Below are positions 1-9,385 of a stretch of 64,000 bases of DNA, piece by piece (position 1 is the stretch's first letter; each line of letters starts with the position of its first letter). The notes under the pieces were generated by a model. That model saw nothing but the letters and a program-made list of their open reading frames with translations. It searched no databases and was not told the DNA's origin. This DNA is from Candidatus Woesearchaeota archaeon (GTDB lineage Archaea > Nanobdellota > Nanobdellia > Pacearchaeales > GW2011-AR1). Location: NCBI GenBank assembly GCA_964467035.1, contig CAYXNX010000003.1, positions 21,252 to 85,251 of the forward strand, in the 5' to 3' direction. Made by a program: the position numbers and the translations under genes.

Positions 1-169
1 CAAATCCATAATTCATGTCTTCAACTTTCCCAAACTCTCTAATAACTTTTCCTTCAAGAGGCACTCGCTGAGTTTCATATTTGTGAAATTGATAAGCTAA
101 ACTTCCTGCTACTATTGATCCTGCACATACCAGTCCTAGGTATATTTTTTTCCAAGTTTTCATTTTCAT
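1..169 (-). CDS. hypothetical membrane-anchored protein, N-terminal part (gene continues past window start)
   Basis: Own minus-strand reading: ATG at 169-167, MKMKTWKKIYLGLVCAGSIVAGSLAYQ..., hydrophobic N-terminus, frame open to position 1. Below the ORF-track size cutoff. Confidence 0.3.
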   Translation of the reverse strand, partial: MKMKTWKKIYLGLVCAGSIVAGSLAYQFHKYETQRVPLEGKVIREFGKVEDMNYGF

Positions 170-287
170 ATTTCTCATTGAATTTACTTCTTAACAATAA
201 TAACACTTAACATATATTTAATACTTTTTTCTGTATTTTCTTACTTCTACGTAATATTTATATACCTCTAACACATTTATTCTAAAT

Positions 288-1250
288 ATGGCTATAAAAC
301 TGGATTTAAAAGACAAGAAGATATTGACTTTATTAGACGAAGATGCAAGACTTAGCAATAGTCAAATTGCTAAAAAAATTGGACTTTCAAAACCAGCAGT
401 TGAATATAGATTAAAGAGGTTTGAAAAAAATAATCTTATCTTTCAATATTATACAATTATAAATTTCACAAAATTAGGATATTCTCAATACAAAATCTAT
501 TTTAAGTTTCAAGACACAACTTTAGAAGATGAACAAAAAATAATCAATTATTGGAATAAATCCAATAATTCTGTTTGGGTTGCCCAAATTCGGGGAAGAT
601 GGGATTTAGCTGTTTCTGTAATAGCAAGATCAAACTTTGAATTTGGAAAAGTTTTAAGCGAATTTATGAACAAATTTTCAAAATTTATTCTAGAAAAAGA
701 TGTTCTACTGACTGAATATTCTCCTATTTACTCCAGAGAATATTTAACAGAAACAAAACCCTCTGAATTTGTTTATGGAGTTCCCTCTAAAATTTATGAG
801 TTAGACGAAACAGATAAAAGAATATTAAAAGAACTTTCAAAAAATGCACGAATTAATATTGTTGATTTAGCAGAAAAAACAAAACTATCAAGAGATATTA
901 TCAATTACAGGTTAAAAAAACTGACAAAAGAGAAAATCATTTTTCAATATAGATGTTACCTCAATCTTCAAAATTTGGGAGTAAATCATTACAAGATTAT
1001 TTTCAGAACAAAAAATCTTGATGAGCAATCTGAAAAAGAAATAAAATCTTATGTAACTCAACACAAAAAAGCAACCCAATTCTTAAAATTAATTGGCTCA
1101 TGGGATTTAGAAATTGAATTTGAAACAGAAAATGAAGATGAACTTTACAAAATTTTAACAGATATCCGAAAAAGATTTTTTAATATTATTAGGGATTTTG
1201 ATATTCTAAGGATAACTGAAACTTACAAATATGATTATTTCCCCTTCTAA
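288..1250 (+). CDS. Lrp/AsnC-family transcriptional regulator with two tandem HTH+RAM-like modules
   Basis: Two internal copies of the Lrp/AsnC HTH signature: DKKILTLLDEDARLSNSQIAKKIGLSKPAVEYRLKRF and DKRILKELSKNARINIVDLAEKTKLSRDIINYRLKKL. Confidence 0.8.
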   Translation: MAIKLDLKDKKILTLLDEDARLSNSQIAKKIGLSKPAVEYRLKRFEKNNLIFQYYTIINFTKLGYSQYKIYFKFQDTTLEDEQKIINYWNKSNNSVWVAQIRGRWDLAVSVIARSNFEFGKVLSEFMNKFSKFILEKDVLLTEYSPIYSREYLTETKPSEFVYGVPSKIYELDETDKRILKELSKNARINIVDLAEKTKLSRDIINYRLKKLTKEKIIFQYRCYLNLQNLGVNHYKIIFRTKNLDEQSEKEIKSYVTQHKKATQFLKLIGSWDLEIEFETENEDELYKILTDIRKRFFNIIRDFDILRITETYKYDYFPF

Positions 1251-1433
1251 AATGTTTTTTTTAGAAAAGAACCAAAACAAGACGCCCCTCTCTCTCTCGT
1301 CCTTCGGACATATTCACTCCCTACGGTCGAATTTATCAGTAATCCAAAAACTCTAAAATTTTCCTTCGGAACGTTGCACTAAATTTTAGGTCTTCCCGTT
1401 GGTCAGACGAAACTAACACCCCTTTAAGCCGAA

Positions 1434-1543
1434 TTTTGCTCCCCACATCCCTTCTATTGTCAAGACACCCCCAACGCAAAACTCACTCAAACAAATATAT
1501 GAAAAACTCGTGCCTCTCCAAGTATTCGAGGTCGATTAACACC
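1434..1543. repeat. Family A dispersed repeat, copy 1 (C-rich on + strand)
   Basis: 1434-1497 aligns at roughly 85% by eye with 2611-2664. 1480-1543 aligns at roughly 90% with 30886-30946, including a perfect 27-mer (1500-1526 = 30903-30929). A further shared motif, ccttcgg..ttgcactaaa, is at 1363-1387 and 2530-2550. Confidence 0.8.
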
Positions 1544-1814
1544 CCTTCAACGAAATTTCTAATTCTCCTAAAATCTTTAAGTAAAAAAATAGCTAAAATC
1601 TCTCTCAGACATCCCCCGACCAACTCACAACCTCGCACGGCTTATTTTATTCTTATTTACTGCCTACCACGAAGTTGCTCGCCCACCTCCGGTTACGAGG
1701 TGCGCGCCTGTCCTTCGGACATTTAGTTAAACCTCGTTTCAGATTTATTTAGAAATAATCTTTTTTCCGCCGCCCAATCAATAACTTAATAAATAACATA
1801 TAGAATTAATCTTC

Positions 1815-2414
1815 ATGAAAGACTATGTAAATCCTCACGTACATGATTGGATGTTTCTCCAAGGAAATCCTGTATTATTTGGAGAAGAAAGAAAAGGTTT
1901 ACAAAGATTTTTAGAAAGATGGGATGAGCAAGAAACGTTTTTTTATACAAGAGATTCGAAAAAAGACATAGATACTTTCCGAAGGCTAGTTCAAATGAAA
2001 GAGGTATTTATTAGGTCTTTTGGAGAAATAGATTATGGAGAAGATTCGGAATATATGAAAATTTATGTCCCTTTTCATTTTACTAAAACAGGTGAAAATC
2101 TAGACAATTTTTGTTTATTTGCATATGATGAATTATTGGATAAATATCCCCATAAAAAAATGGTTGATGCGTTAATGTTTATGAGAGATTGTATTCAAGA
2201 AGATTACGCCTTTTATACGCGAATCATTAAAGGGGATGAGGATTTGCTTGGTTCAGATTATATTTTTTTAAACGATCGGGAGAGGTCTTTTATGTACGCT
2301 TCGGATAGGGATGAATGCAGTGGAGGAACCCCCTATACTCGTTGTCGGTATTTTGATTCTCCAATTTGCGATAATTGTCGTTTTCCAAACAATCATTTAT
2401 TTGAAGAAAAATAA
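1815..2414 (+). CDS. hypothetical protein with a Cys-rich C-terminus (accessory ORF bracketed by Family A repeats)
   Basis: 199-aa ORF with no recognisable family. C-terminal CSGG..C.Y....CDNC cluster. Flanked by GC-rich repeat regions. Confidence 0.5.
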   Translation: MKDYVNPHVHDWMFLQGNPVLFGEERKGLQRFLERWDEQETFFYTRDSKKDIDTFRRLVQMKEVFIRSFGEIDYGEDSEYMKIYVPFHFTKTGENLDNFCLFAYDELLDKYPHKKMVDALMFMRDCIQEDYAFYTRIIKGDEDLLGSDYIFLNDRERSFMYASDRDECSGGTPYTRCRYFDSPICDNCRFPNNHLFEEK

Positions 2415-2446
2415 TATCCAATCCCTCCCAAAAAAGATTATTTCAT

Positions 2447-2469
2447 CTTCTTTCTTAAAAAGAAAGAAG
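2447..2469 (+). terminator. perfect 9-bp hairpin downstream of ORF 1815-2414
   Basis: cttctttct / taaaa / agaaagaag read directly, about 33 nt after the stop codon. Confidence 0.4.
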
Positions 2470-2529
2470 CAAAAAGCGACGACAAACCCCTAAGAAATAA
2501 AATATAGTGCCGACAACTTTGATTTTTTG

Positions 2530-2664
2530 CCTTCGGCATCATTGCACTAAAAATCAATCCCTCCAAGTATTCGGGAGAGTTGAACAGCGATTAATCAAAA
2601 TTTTGCTTCCTACAACCCTTCTATTCTCAAGACACCCTCAACGCAAAACTCACTTCAAATAAAT
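2530..2664. repeat. Family A dispersed repeat, copy 2 (circularly permuted relative to copy 1)
   Basis: Contains ccttcggcatcattgcactaaa, ctccaagtattcggg..gattaatc and ttttgcttcctacaacccttctattctcaagacaccctcaacgcaaaactcac. All three have counterparts in 1363-1543, but in a different order. Confidence 0.75.
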
Positions 2665-2725
2665 CCCAAAGAACATAGTTAAAAAGAATTGTAAGATTTA
2701 TTAACCTTGAATTCCATATAAGATT

Positions 2726-3631
2726 ATGGAAATAAATTTTCTTCAACTCTGGAGCTCAGAATACTTTAAGATTTTAATAAAATCAATTATTATAATTGTT
2801 ATTGCTTTATTTATTAATCTTTTATTTAAAAGATATTTTAAAAAAATAATTTCTCAACTAGAGAAAGGAAAACTTACCCAAGAAAAAAAATCAAGAAAAA
2901 CTCGAATTGAATTTTTTAAAACAATTATTTCTACATTTATAGTTATTTTAGCGTTACTCTCTATTTTAATGCTTATTCCAGGATTTAAAACATTTTCAGT
3001 TTCGTTGCTTGCAGGAGCAGGAATTGTAGCAATTGTAATTGGTTTTGCAGCACAAAAAACACTATCAAATATTGTGTCTGGTATTTCTATTGCAATTTTC
3101 ACTCCTTTTAGAATTGGAGATAGATTAAAAATTTTAGACGAATTTGGAGATGTTGAAGATATAAACTTAAGACACACAACTATCAAAACTTGGGATAATA
3201 GAAGAATAATAATCCCCAACTCATTAATTTCTGAAAAAGAAATAATTAACTACAGTATAAAAGAAGAAAGAATGATTTGGACAATAAACCTTGGAATAAG
3301 TTATGATTCAGATATAGATAAAGCAAAAAAAATTATGATAGACAAGGCAAAAAAACACCCCGATGTAATAATTCCTGAAATAAAAAATGAACAAGGAATT
3401 TTAGAAAAAAGAGAACCTTATGTCAGAGTTACTGAATGTGGAGACTTTGCTGTTAATTTAAGACTTTACTTTTGGGTAGATTCTCCTCTCAAATCTTGGC
3501 CAACTGGTTTTGACTTAATAGAACAAATTAAAAAAGAATTTGATAAGAAAGGAATTGAGATTCCTTTTCCATATAGCACAATTGTTTTTAAAAAAGATTT
3601 AGATGAGAAAAAGAAAAAAGATTCTTCTTAA
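2726..3631 (+). CDS. mscS: MscS-family mechanosensitive ion channel
   Basis: TM helices followed by the QKTLSNIVSGISIAIFTPFRIGDRLKI motif typical of MscS. Confidence 0.85.
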   Translation: MEINFLQLWSSEYFKILIKSIIIIVIALFINLLFKRYFKKIISQLEKGKLTQEKKSRKTRIEFFKTIISTFIVILALLSILMLIPGFKTFSVSLLAGAGIVAIVIGFAAQKTLSNIVSGISIAIFTPFRIGDRLKILDEFGDVEDINLRHTTIKTWDNRRIIIPNSLISEKEIINYSIKEERMIWTINLGISYDSDIDKAKKIMIDKAKKHPDVIIPEIKNEQGILEKREPYVRVTECGDFAVNLRLYFWVDSPLKSWPTGFDLIEQIKKEFDKKGIEIPFPYSTIVFKKDLDEKKKKDSS

Positions 3632-3633
3632 TT

Positions 3634-4272
3634 TTACTTTACAGCTTCTATTCTTTTAAATACATCAAACAGCATCAAGTTATCTTCTCTACTTATTTTT
3701 AATCCTGATTTTTTAATATTTTCAATTGTTTTTCTATCAATGTTAACTCCCAATAAAAATTTAGTTAAAGGGTTATGTATATGTTCAAAAATAGCTAGTA
3801 AAAGATGCTCACTCAACATATGTTCAATCATTAAAACTTTCCCAGAAGGTTTAACAACTCTTTTCATTTCTTCTAAAACTTTTATAGGATTTGGGACAGA
3901 ACATAAAACAAAAGTACATAAAACATAATCAAATTTGTTATCTTTAAATTCCATATTTTGAGCATCCATTTCTTTTAATTCAATATTTTTATTTCCTAGT
4001 TTATTCAATTCTAAATAAGCTTTACCTAACATACCGGGAGATATATCTATTCCAGTTACTTTTGCTTTTGAGTTATAATATTTTAAATTCTTTCCAGTTC
4101 CAACTCCCACTTCTAAAATATTTCCTTTTAAATCTTGAATCAGTTCTTTCCTTAGTTTATTTAAAACTCCTATTTCCATAGGTTTTTCAAAAAGATTATA
4201 AAACTTGGAAAATCTATCATATTTTCTCTTTACTTTATTTGTTTGGATTTCTAATGCAGTCTTTTTCTTCAT
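3634..4272 (-). CDS. class I SAM-dependent methyltransferase
   Basis: Motif I ILEVGVGTGKN, and later FDYVLCTFVLCSVP and KPSGKVLMIEH. Confidence 0.8.
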   Translation of the reverse strand: MKKKTALEIQTNKVKRKYDRFSKFYNLFEKPMEIGVLNKLRKELIQDLKGNILEVGVGTGKNLKYYNSKAKVTGIDISPGMLGKAYLELNKLGNKNIELKEMDAQNMEFKDNKFDYVLCTFVLCSVPNPIKVLEEMKRVVKPSGKVLMIEHMLSEHLLLAIFEHIHNPLTKFLLGVNIDRKTIENIKKSGLKISREDNLMLFDVFKRIEAVK

Positions 4273-4330
4273 TTTTTCTCAAATATACTTATAATTTAAT
4301 AAAAAAATAAAAATAAAAATAAATTTAAAC

Positions 4331-5032
4331 TTATGCTAATTCTGCATCAATTATTTGTTTAAACGCTGAAAATGGTTGAGCTCCACTAAGAGGTTTTCCA
4401 TTAATTATAAAGTAAGGTGTTCCTCTTCCTCCAGCAGCTTGTGCATCAGCAAGATCATTCTTTACTTCACTTAAATATTTTTCAGAATCTAAACATTCAT
4501 CAATATCATAACCAAGATCTTGTGACCATTTTTTCAAATTTGCTTTACTTAACGATTGTTGATTTGCAAAAATCACATCATGGTATTCAAAATAAATTTC
4601 ATCTCCTCCTTGTTCCCTTATACATTCCGCAGCTATCGCAGCAGGCGTAGCCATAGGATGAATACTATCTAAAGGAAAATCTCTATAGACAAAAGTCACC
4701 TGATCTCCATATTCAGCTAAAACCTGTTTTACAGTTCCAGAAGCTCTTGCACAAAAAGAACATTGAAAATCACTAAATTCAATAATTTCTACAGGAGCAT
4801 TAGGGTCTCCAATTCTTGCGTCATCATCAGCACTTGCACTTACAACACTTGGTTGGTTATCTCCACTAGGTTCACTAGGAGGATTGTTATTTGCAACAAC
4901 ATTTCCTTCTTTATTTCCTCCTAAAAAAACAATTCCTCCAATAACTAAAAGTGTAACTAAAACAAATGTGCTATACTTCCACAAATCTTGTTTATTCATT
5001 GTTATTGTATCACTTTCTTCCATCTTTTTCAT
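4331..5032 (-). CDS. membrane-anchored DsbA-like thiol:disulfide oxidoreductase
   Basis: N-terminal TM segment and thioredoxin-fold CxxC (FSDFQCSFCAR). C-terminal GTPYFIINGK is typical of the DsbA family. Confidence 0.75.
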   Translation of the reverse strand: MKKMEESDTITMNKQDLWKYSTFVLVTLLVIGGIVFLGGNKEGNVVANNNPPSEPSGDNQPSVVSASADDDARIGDPNAPVEIIEFSDFQCSFCARASGTVKQVLAEYGDQVTFVYRDFPLDSIHPMATPAAIAAECIREQGGDEIYFEYHDVIFANQQSLSKANLKKWSQDLGYDIDECLDSEKYLSEVKNDLADAQAAGGRGTPYFIINGKPLSGAQPFSAFKQIIDAELA

Positions 5033-5152
5033 TACCTCCTTTCATTCGATATGAGCGTTAGTGAATAGCGAATGAGAGAAGATCTTTTGATCTACTCTCA
5101 ATTGTTTGTTGAGCCTTTCAGGCGATTCAGACGATTGCGCAAAACCTTTGAT

Positions 5153-5731
5153 TTATTCTTCTCCAATATCTCTTTCTTTCCCTCTTAATTTAAATCTCGA
5201 ATTTTTACAAATAAACATATTTTCCCCAATATTAACAATTGTAAATCCTAAAAGTCCTATTGACAAAATTGAAATCTCTAAACCTTTGTAGGGTAAAAAA
5301 TTTAAAACACTTGCTCCAATCCCTAAAAATGAAATTAATCCAATACTGCAAGCACTACATCCTGGAACAAAAGCTCCTAAAAAAATACCTGCACTTCCAA
5401 AAATCCCTAATTTTTTATTATCAATTGATTTTCCAAGATTAATCTTATAGAAAATTAAACTAACTAAAATTCCAACTAACAAACTAATCAAAACTAAACT
5501 AATAAAAGAGTAAACCTCTACAGTTTTCCAAAAACTAGTTAAAAGGTTTAATCCAAATCCCATAGTTCCAAAAAAGCTCAATGTTGAGTAAAATTCCCAA
5601 GGTTTATTTCCTCCTGAGATAAAAACATTAATTAAATAAAAAATAAAACTTACAATTAAAAAAATTAATAAATATTTTTTATCTTTAAAAACAATTTTTA
5701 AATTTTGAAAAATTTGACTCTTTTTTTTCAT
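5153..5731 (-). CDS. polytopic membrane protein with intramembrane CxxC (GCSACS)
   Basis: About 5 hydrophobic segments; VPGCSACSIGL lies within one. Sits next to the DsbA-like gene. Confidence 0.5.
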   Translation of the reverse strand: MKKKSQIFQNLKIVFKDKKYLLIFLIVSFIFYLINVFISGGNKPWEFYSTLSFFGTMGFGLNLLTSFWKTVEVYSFISLVLISLLVGILVSLIFYKINLGKSIDNKKLGIFGSAGIFLGAFVPGCSACSIGLISFLGIGASVLNFLPYKGLEISILSIGLLGFTIVNIGENMFICKNSRFKLRGKERDIGEE

Positions 5732-5828
5732 CCAAAAATATTTAAAATAAACTATAAAGTCTTAGCGTCTGAACAAAAGCATTTAGAAACCCTAAAACTA
5801 CTAAATTTAACTCTTTAAACGTTCATAC

Positions 5829-6326
5829 TTACAATTTAAGAAAAATTTGCATTGTTTTTCCTTTTCTAACTCTCTTTATTAAATTTCTTTTTTCTAAATC
5901 CTGAAGAATATAACTTAACTTAGCTTTAGACATATCTGTCTTAATCCTCAAAGTACTTTGAGTAATTCCTTCTTGTTCCTTAACTTTTTTCAAAACTCGT
6001 GCCTCACTGGGATCTAAAAATTTAAGCGCAAAATCAAATTTGCCATTTTCAATACTTTCCTTTTTTTCATTCTCTAATTTCTCCAAAATAATTTTATCTG
6101 TTTTATTAAAAAACAAAAGATAAAAACCTAAAGCAAAAACAAAAGCAAATATTCCTATTGCAAAATGTGAAACACTTAATTTCCTCTCAATCTCAATACA
6201 ATTAGGATTATTAAAACAACCTATTTTGTCAGATTTATCAACTAAACTATCAACCAAATACATAAACATTCCCCCAATTAATAGAGAAATTACAATCAAT
6301 AAAATACCTAACTTTTTATTTTCCAT
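5829..6326 (-). CDS. membrane-anchored winged-helix (MarR/ArsR-like) regulator
   Basis: Two TM segments with a CFNNPNC loop, then ARVLKKVKEQEGITQSTLRIKTDMSKAKLSYILQDLEKRNLIKRV (wHTH). Confidence 0.6.
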   Translation of the reverse strand: MENKKLGILLIVISLLIGGMFMYLVDSLVDKSDKIGCFNNPNCIEIERKLSVSHFAIGIFAFVFALGFYLLFFNKTDKIILEKLENEKKESIENGKFDFALKFLDPSEARVLKKVKEQEGITQSTLRIKTDMSKAKLSYILQDLEKRNLIKRVRKGKTMQIFLKL

Positions 6327-6384
6327 AATTATATGAAATATTCTTCATATTTAAACTTTATTTATTTCAAAATTTTGTAGAAAA

Positions 6385-6393
6385 CTTTATAAA
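6385..6393 (+). promoter_or_regulatory. TATA box (ctttataaa) about 21 nt upstream of the ATG at 6415
   Basis: Matches the recurrent AAAnnTTTATAAA element seen about 20-26 nt upstream of many start codons in this window. Confidence 0.45.
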
Positions 6394-6414
6394 CCTCTAA
6401 TAAAGAAAAAGTAA

Positions 6415-6771
6415 ATGACAAGTTCTATTAAAGACAGATTAAAAGGAATAATTCATCAAGAATTTCAAAGAGATCATCCCACAGATAGAACTATAAAAAA
6501 CTGTTTACACGACGATTATAAAAAAATTGTTTCTAAAATTAGGTCTAGTCAAAATTTGCTTCAGGATGAAAGAGAATTTGCTTTAAATTGTTTTAATAAA
6601 ATCTTGGACGTATATCCTATGCATTTAGAGGGAAATCCCTCTCAAGAAAATTCACATTTAGATGAAATTCCCTTAAATGATTATTCAAATTTGCTCCATA
6701 CAATTTCAAGATTACAAGATTATAATTATTCTGAAAGAACAAATTCTTGGACTTATTCAAAAAATATATAA
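6415..6771 (+). CDS. hypothetical protein
   Basis: 118-aa ORF with a promoter-like box upstream. No recognisable family. Confidence 0.4.
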   Translation: MTSSIKDRLKGIIHQEFQRDHPTDRTIKNCLHDDYKKIVSKIRSSQNLLQDEREFALNCFNKILDVYPMHLEGNPSQENSHLDEIPLNDYSNLLHTISRLQDYNYSERTNSWTYSKNI

Positions 6772-6808
6772 ACTTTAATCGAAATTTAAGTTTAGGACTT
6801 ATTCTAAA

Positions 6809-9385
6809 ATGACTCAAATCAGACAATCTATAGAACGAAAAGGTCAAGATATAGTTAAAACTCTTAATCCTCTTGTAAAAGAATGGTTTTTTTCAAAATT
6901 CGAAGATTTTTCCCAAACTCAAAAATACGGAGTTCCAGCAATTTGGGAACGGAAAAACATCCTAATTTCAGCTCCAACTGGGGGGACAAAAACACTTACT
7001 GCTTTTTTATCAATTTTAAATTACCTTGTCGGGTTAGCAGAAAAGAACCAATTAGAAAATAGAGTTTATGCAATATATACTTCTCCTCTTAAGGCTTTAA
7101 GCAATGATATTCATAAAAATTTAGAAGAACCATTACAAGAAATAAATGAACTAGCAAAATCAAAAGGAATCAAACTTCAAGAAATTCGTGTAGGTTTAAG
7201 AACAGGAGACACAACTACTTCTGAAAGAGCTAAAATGGCTCGGAAACCACCCCATATTTTTATAACAACTCCTGAATCTTTGGCAATAATTCTAACCTCA
7301 AAAAAGTTTGTCGAATATTTAAGGATGATAGAATTTTGCATTGTAGATGAAATCCATTCCTTAGATAATAAAAGGGGAACTTATTTAAGTATAACTCTAG
7401 AACGTTTAAATGAAGTCAGTAAAATCTGGCCTGTCAAGATAGGACTTTCAGCAACAATCTCTCCTCTAGAAGAAGTTGCAAAATTTCTTGTAGGAATATC
7501 AGAAGAAAGAACAGTTGAAATTGCTAAGGTTCCATTAAATAAAAAAATAGATGCCAAAGTTTTAACTCCTTCTAAAAATCTAATTGAAGACAAAGAAATT
7601 TATCTGAATATGTATGAACTTATAGATCAGCTAATACAAGAACACAAATCAACTCTAATTTTTACAAATACTCGAGCTGGCACTGAAAGAGTTGTAAGTC
7701 ATTTAAAAGAAAAATTCCCTCTTGTTTATGGAGACGATAATATCGCAGCACACCACTCTTCTTTAAGCAAATCTTTAAGATACAACATCGAAGAAAGATT
7801 AAGAAATGGAGAACTGAAAGTTGTTGTTTGTTCAACATCTCTAGAATTAGGAATTGATATTGGTTTTATTGATTTAGTTCTTATGTTGGGTTCTCCTAAA
7901 AGTTCAGCCAGAGCACTGCAAAGACTTGGGAGAGCAGGTCATCAACTCCACAACATTGCTAAGGGACGTTTTGTAGTTTTAGATAGAGATGATTTGGTTG
8001 AATGTTCAGTAATCCAAAAAGAGATGATTGAAAAAAAAATTGATACAGTAAGATTTCCAAAAAATTCTTTAGATGTTTTGTCCCAACAAATTTATGGAAT
8101 GGCTATTTATCGACAGTGGGACATAAATGAAGTCTTCAACCTAATCAAGAAGTCATATTGTTTTTTTGGACTTTCAAAAAATGATTTTTTTGATGTAATA
8201 AGTTATCTAGCTGGAGAATATGCTTTAGAAAAAAATAATGTTTATGGAAAAATTTGGTATGATGAAGAAACCCAAATGATTGGAAAAAAAGGGAAATTAG
8301 CAAGGGTTATTTATCTCACAAATTTGGGAACAATTCCAAGTGAAAGTTTTGTTAATGTAAAACTTTCTTCAGGAGAAAAAATTGGAGCAATTGATGAAGG
8401 ATTTTTAGAAAGAATGAAAAAAGGAGATGTCTTTGTTTTGGGTGGTTCAAGATATGAATACAAATATGTTCGAGGAATGAATATTTATGTAACTCCTTCC
8501 ACTCGCTCCCCAACAATCCCCTCTTGGTTTTCAGAAGCTCTACCCCTAAGCTTTGATTCAGCTTTAGAAATAAATAATTTAAGAACTAACTTATGTGAAA
8601 AATTTAATAGTGGAGAATCAAAAAAATCAATTTTGAATTATCTCAAAAAACAGCTCTATATTCCAGATTCAACAGCACAATCCATTTACCAATATTTTAA
8701 GGAACAACATAAATTTTTCAAAATTCCACACTCACAAAAAATTCTAATTGAAAAATACAAAGGAGAAAAAAATTATCTTTTAATCCATAGTATGTTTGGC
8801 CGAAGAGTAAATGACGCACTTTCCAGAGCTTTGGGTTATTTAATGGCACAGGCTGGTGGGCGAGACATTGAAATCGGAATAAATGATAATGGATTTTATT
8901 TTGCAGGGGAAAAACTCCAAATTGAAAAAGCATTTGAATTTCTTAATTCAAAAAATATTAGAGAAGTTTTAACAGAAGCAATTGAAAAAACAGATATTTT
9001 AGCGCGAAGATTCCGCCACTGTGCTACTCGTTCTTTAATGATTCTTAAAACTTATAAAGGTCAGGAAAAATCAGTTGGGAAACAACAAATGAAGAGCCAT
9101 TTTCTTTTAGCTGCAGTTCGTAAAGTCTCAAACAAATTTCCTATTCTAAATGAAGCTAGGCGTGAAGTTTTAGAAGATGTTATGGAAATTGATAATGCAA
9201 AAAAAGTTTTAGAAATGATTGGAACAAAAAAAGTTAAAATTGAAATTCAAACAGTAACACTCCCCAGCCCATTTGCCCTTAATTTAATAATTCAGGGTCA
9301 TATGGATTTGATAAAAATTGAAGACAAACAGAAATTTCTAAAAAGGATGCACGATTTGCATATGAAAGCAGTTGGAAAAAAATGA
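6809..9385 (+). CDS. lhr: Lhr-type ATP-dependent DEXH-box helicase
   Basis: Walker A SAPTGGTKTL, DEIH box (CIVDEIHSL), SAT (LSATI), helicase C motifs and a long Lhr-like C-terminal extension. Confidence 0.85.
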   Translation: MTQIRQSIERKGQDIVKTLNPLVKEWFFSKFEDFSQTQKYGVPAIWERKNILISAPTGGTKTLTAFLSILNYLVGLAEKNQLENRVYAIYTSPLKALSNDIHKNLEEPLQEINELAKSKGIKLQEIRVGLRTGDTTTSERAKMARKPPHIFITTPESLAIILTSKKFVEYLRMIEFCIVDEIHSLDNKRGTYLSITLERLNEVSKIWPVKIGLSATISPLEEVAKFLVGISEERTVEIAKVPLNKKIDAKVLTPSKNLIEDKEIYLNMYELIDQLIQEHKSTLIFTNTRAGTERVVSHLKEKFPLVYGDDNIAAHHSSLSKSLRYNIEERLRNGELKVVVCSTSLELGIDIGFIDLVLMLGSPKSSARALQRLGRAGHQLHNIAKGRFVVLDRDDLVECSVIQKEMIEKKIDTVRFPKNSLDVLSQQIYGMAIYRQWDINEVFNLIKKSYCFFGLSKNDFFDVISYLAGEYALEKNNVYGKIWYDEETQMIGKKGKLARVIYLTNLGTIPSESFVNVKLSSGEKIGAIDEGFLERMKKGDVFVLGGSRYEYKYVRGMNIYVTPSTRSPTIPSWFSEALPLSFDSALEINNLRTNLCEKFNSGESKKSILNYLKKQLYIPDSTAQSIYQYFKEQHKFFKIPHSQKILIEKYKGEKNYLLIHSMFGRRVNDALSRALGYLMAQAGGRDIEIGINDNGFYFAGEKLQIEKAFEFLNSKNIREVLTEAIEKTDILARRFRHCATRSLMILKTYKGQEKSVGKQQMKSHFLLAAVRKVSNKFPILNEARREVLEDVMEIDNAKKVLEMIGTKKVKIEIQTVTLPSPFALNLIIQGHMDLIKIEDKQKFLKRMHDLHMKAVGKK

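Noticed and set aside
1436-1726. 96-aa ORF in the ORF track inside the GC-rich spacer
   Set aside because: It lies entirely within the Family A repeat region. The translated sequence is low-complexity Ser/Pro/Leu-rich nonsense. There is no promoter box, and the repeat copies elsewhere do not preserve the frame.
1260-1810. Possibility that the GC-rich structured region is RNase P RNA, SRP RNA or another housekeeping RNA
   Set aside because: None of the universal motifs I know are present on either strand (GAGGAAAGUCC, or the ACAGNRA-type CR regions of RNase P; the SRP helix-8 GGUGC..AGCAG pattern). Parts of the region recur at 2530-2664 and 30886-30946, which a single-copy RNA gene would not do. 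cmscan is still needed to be sure.
2311-2493. 60-aa ORF overlapping the 3' end of ORF 1815-2414 and the hairpin at 2447-2469
   Set aside because: It is in an alternative frame of a longer ORF and runs through a terminator-like hairpin, with no independent support.
1434-2664. Diversity-generating retroelement TR/VR pair
   Set aside because: Differences between the two ~64-nt copies are not concentrated at adenines. No reverse transcriptase is present, and the repeats are non-coding.
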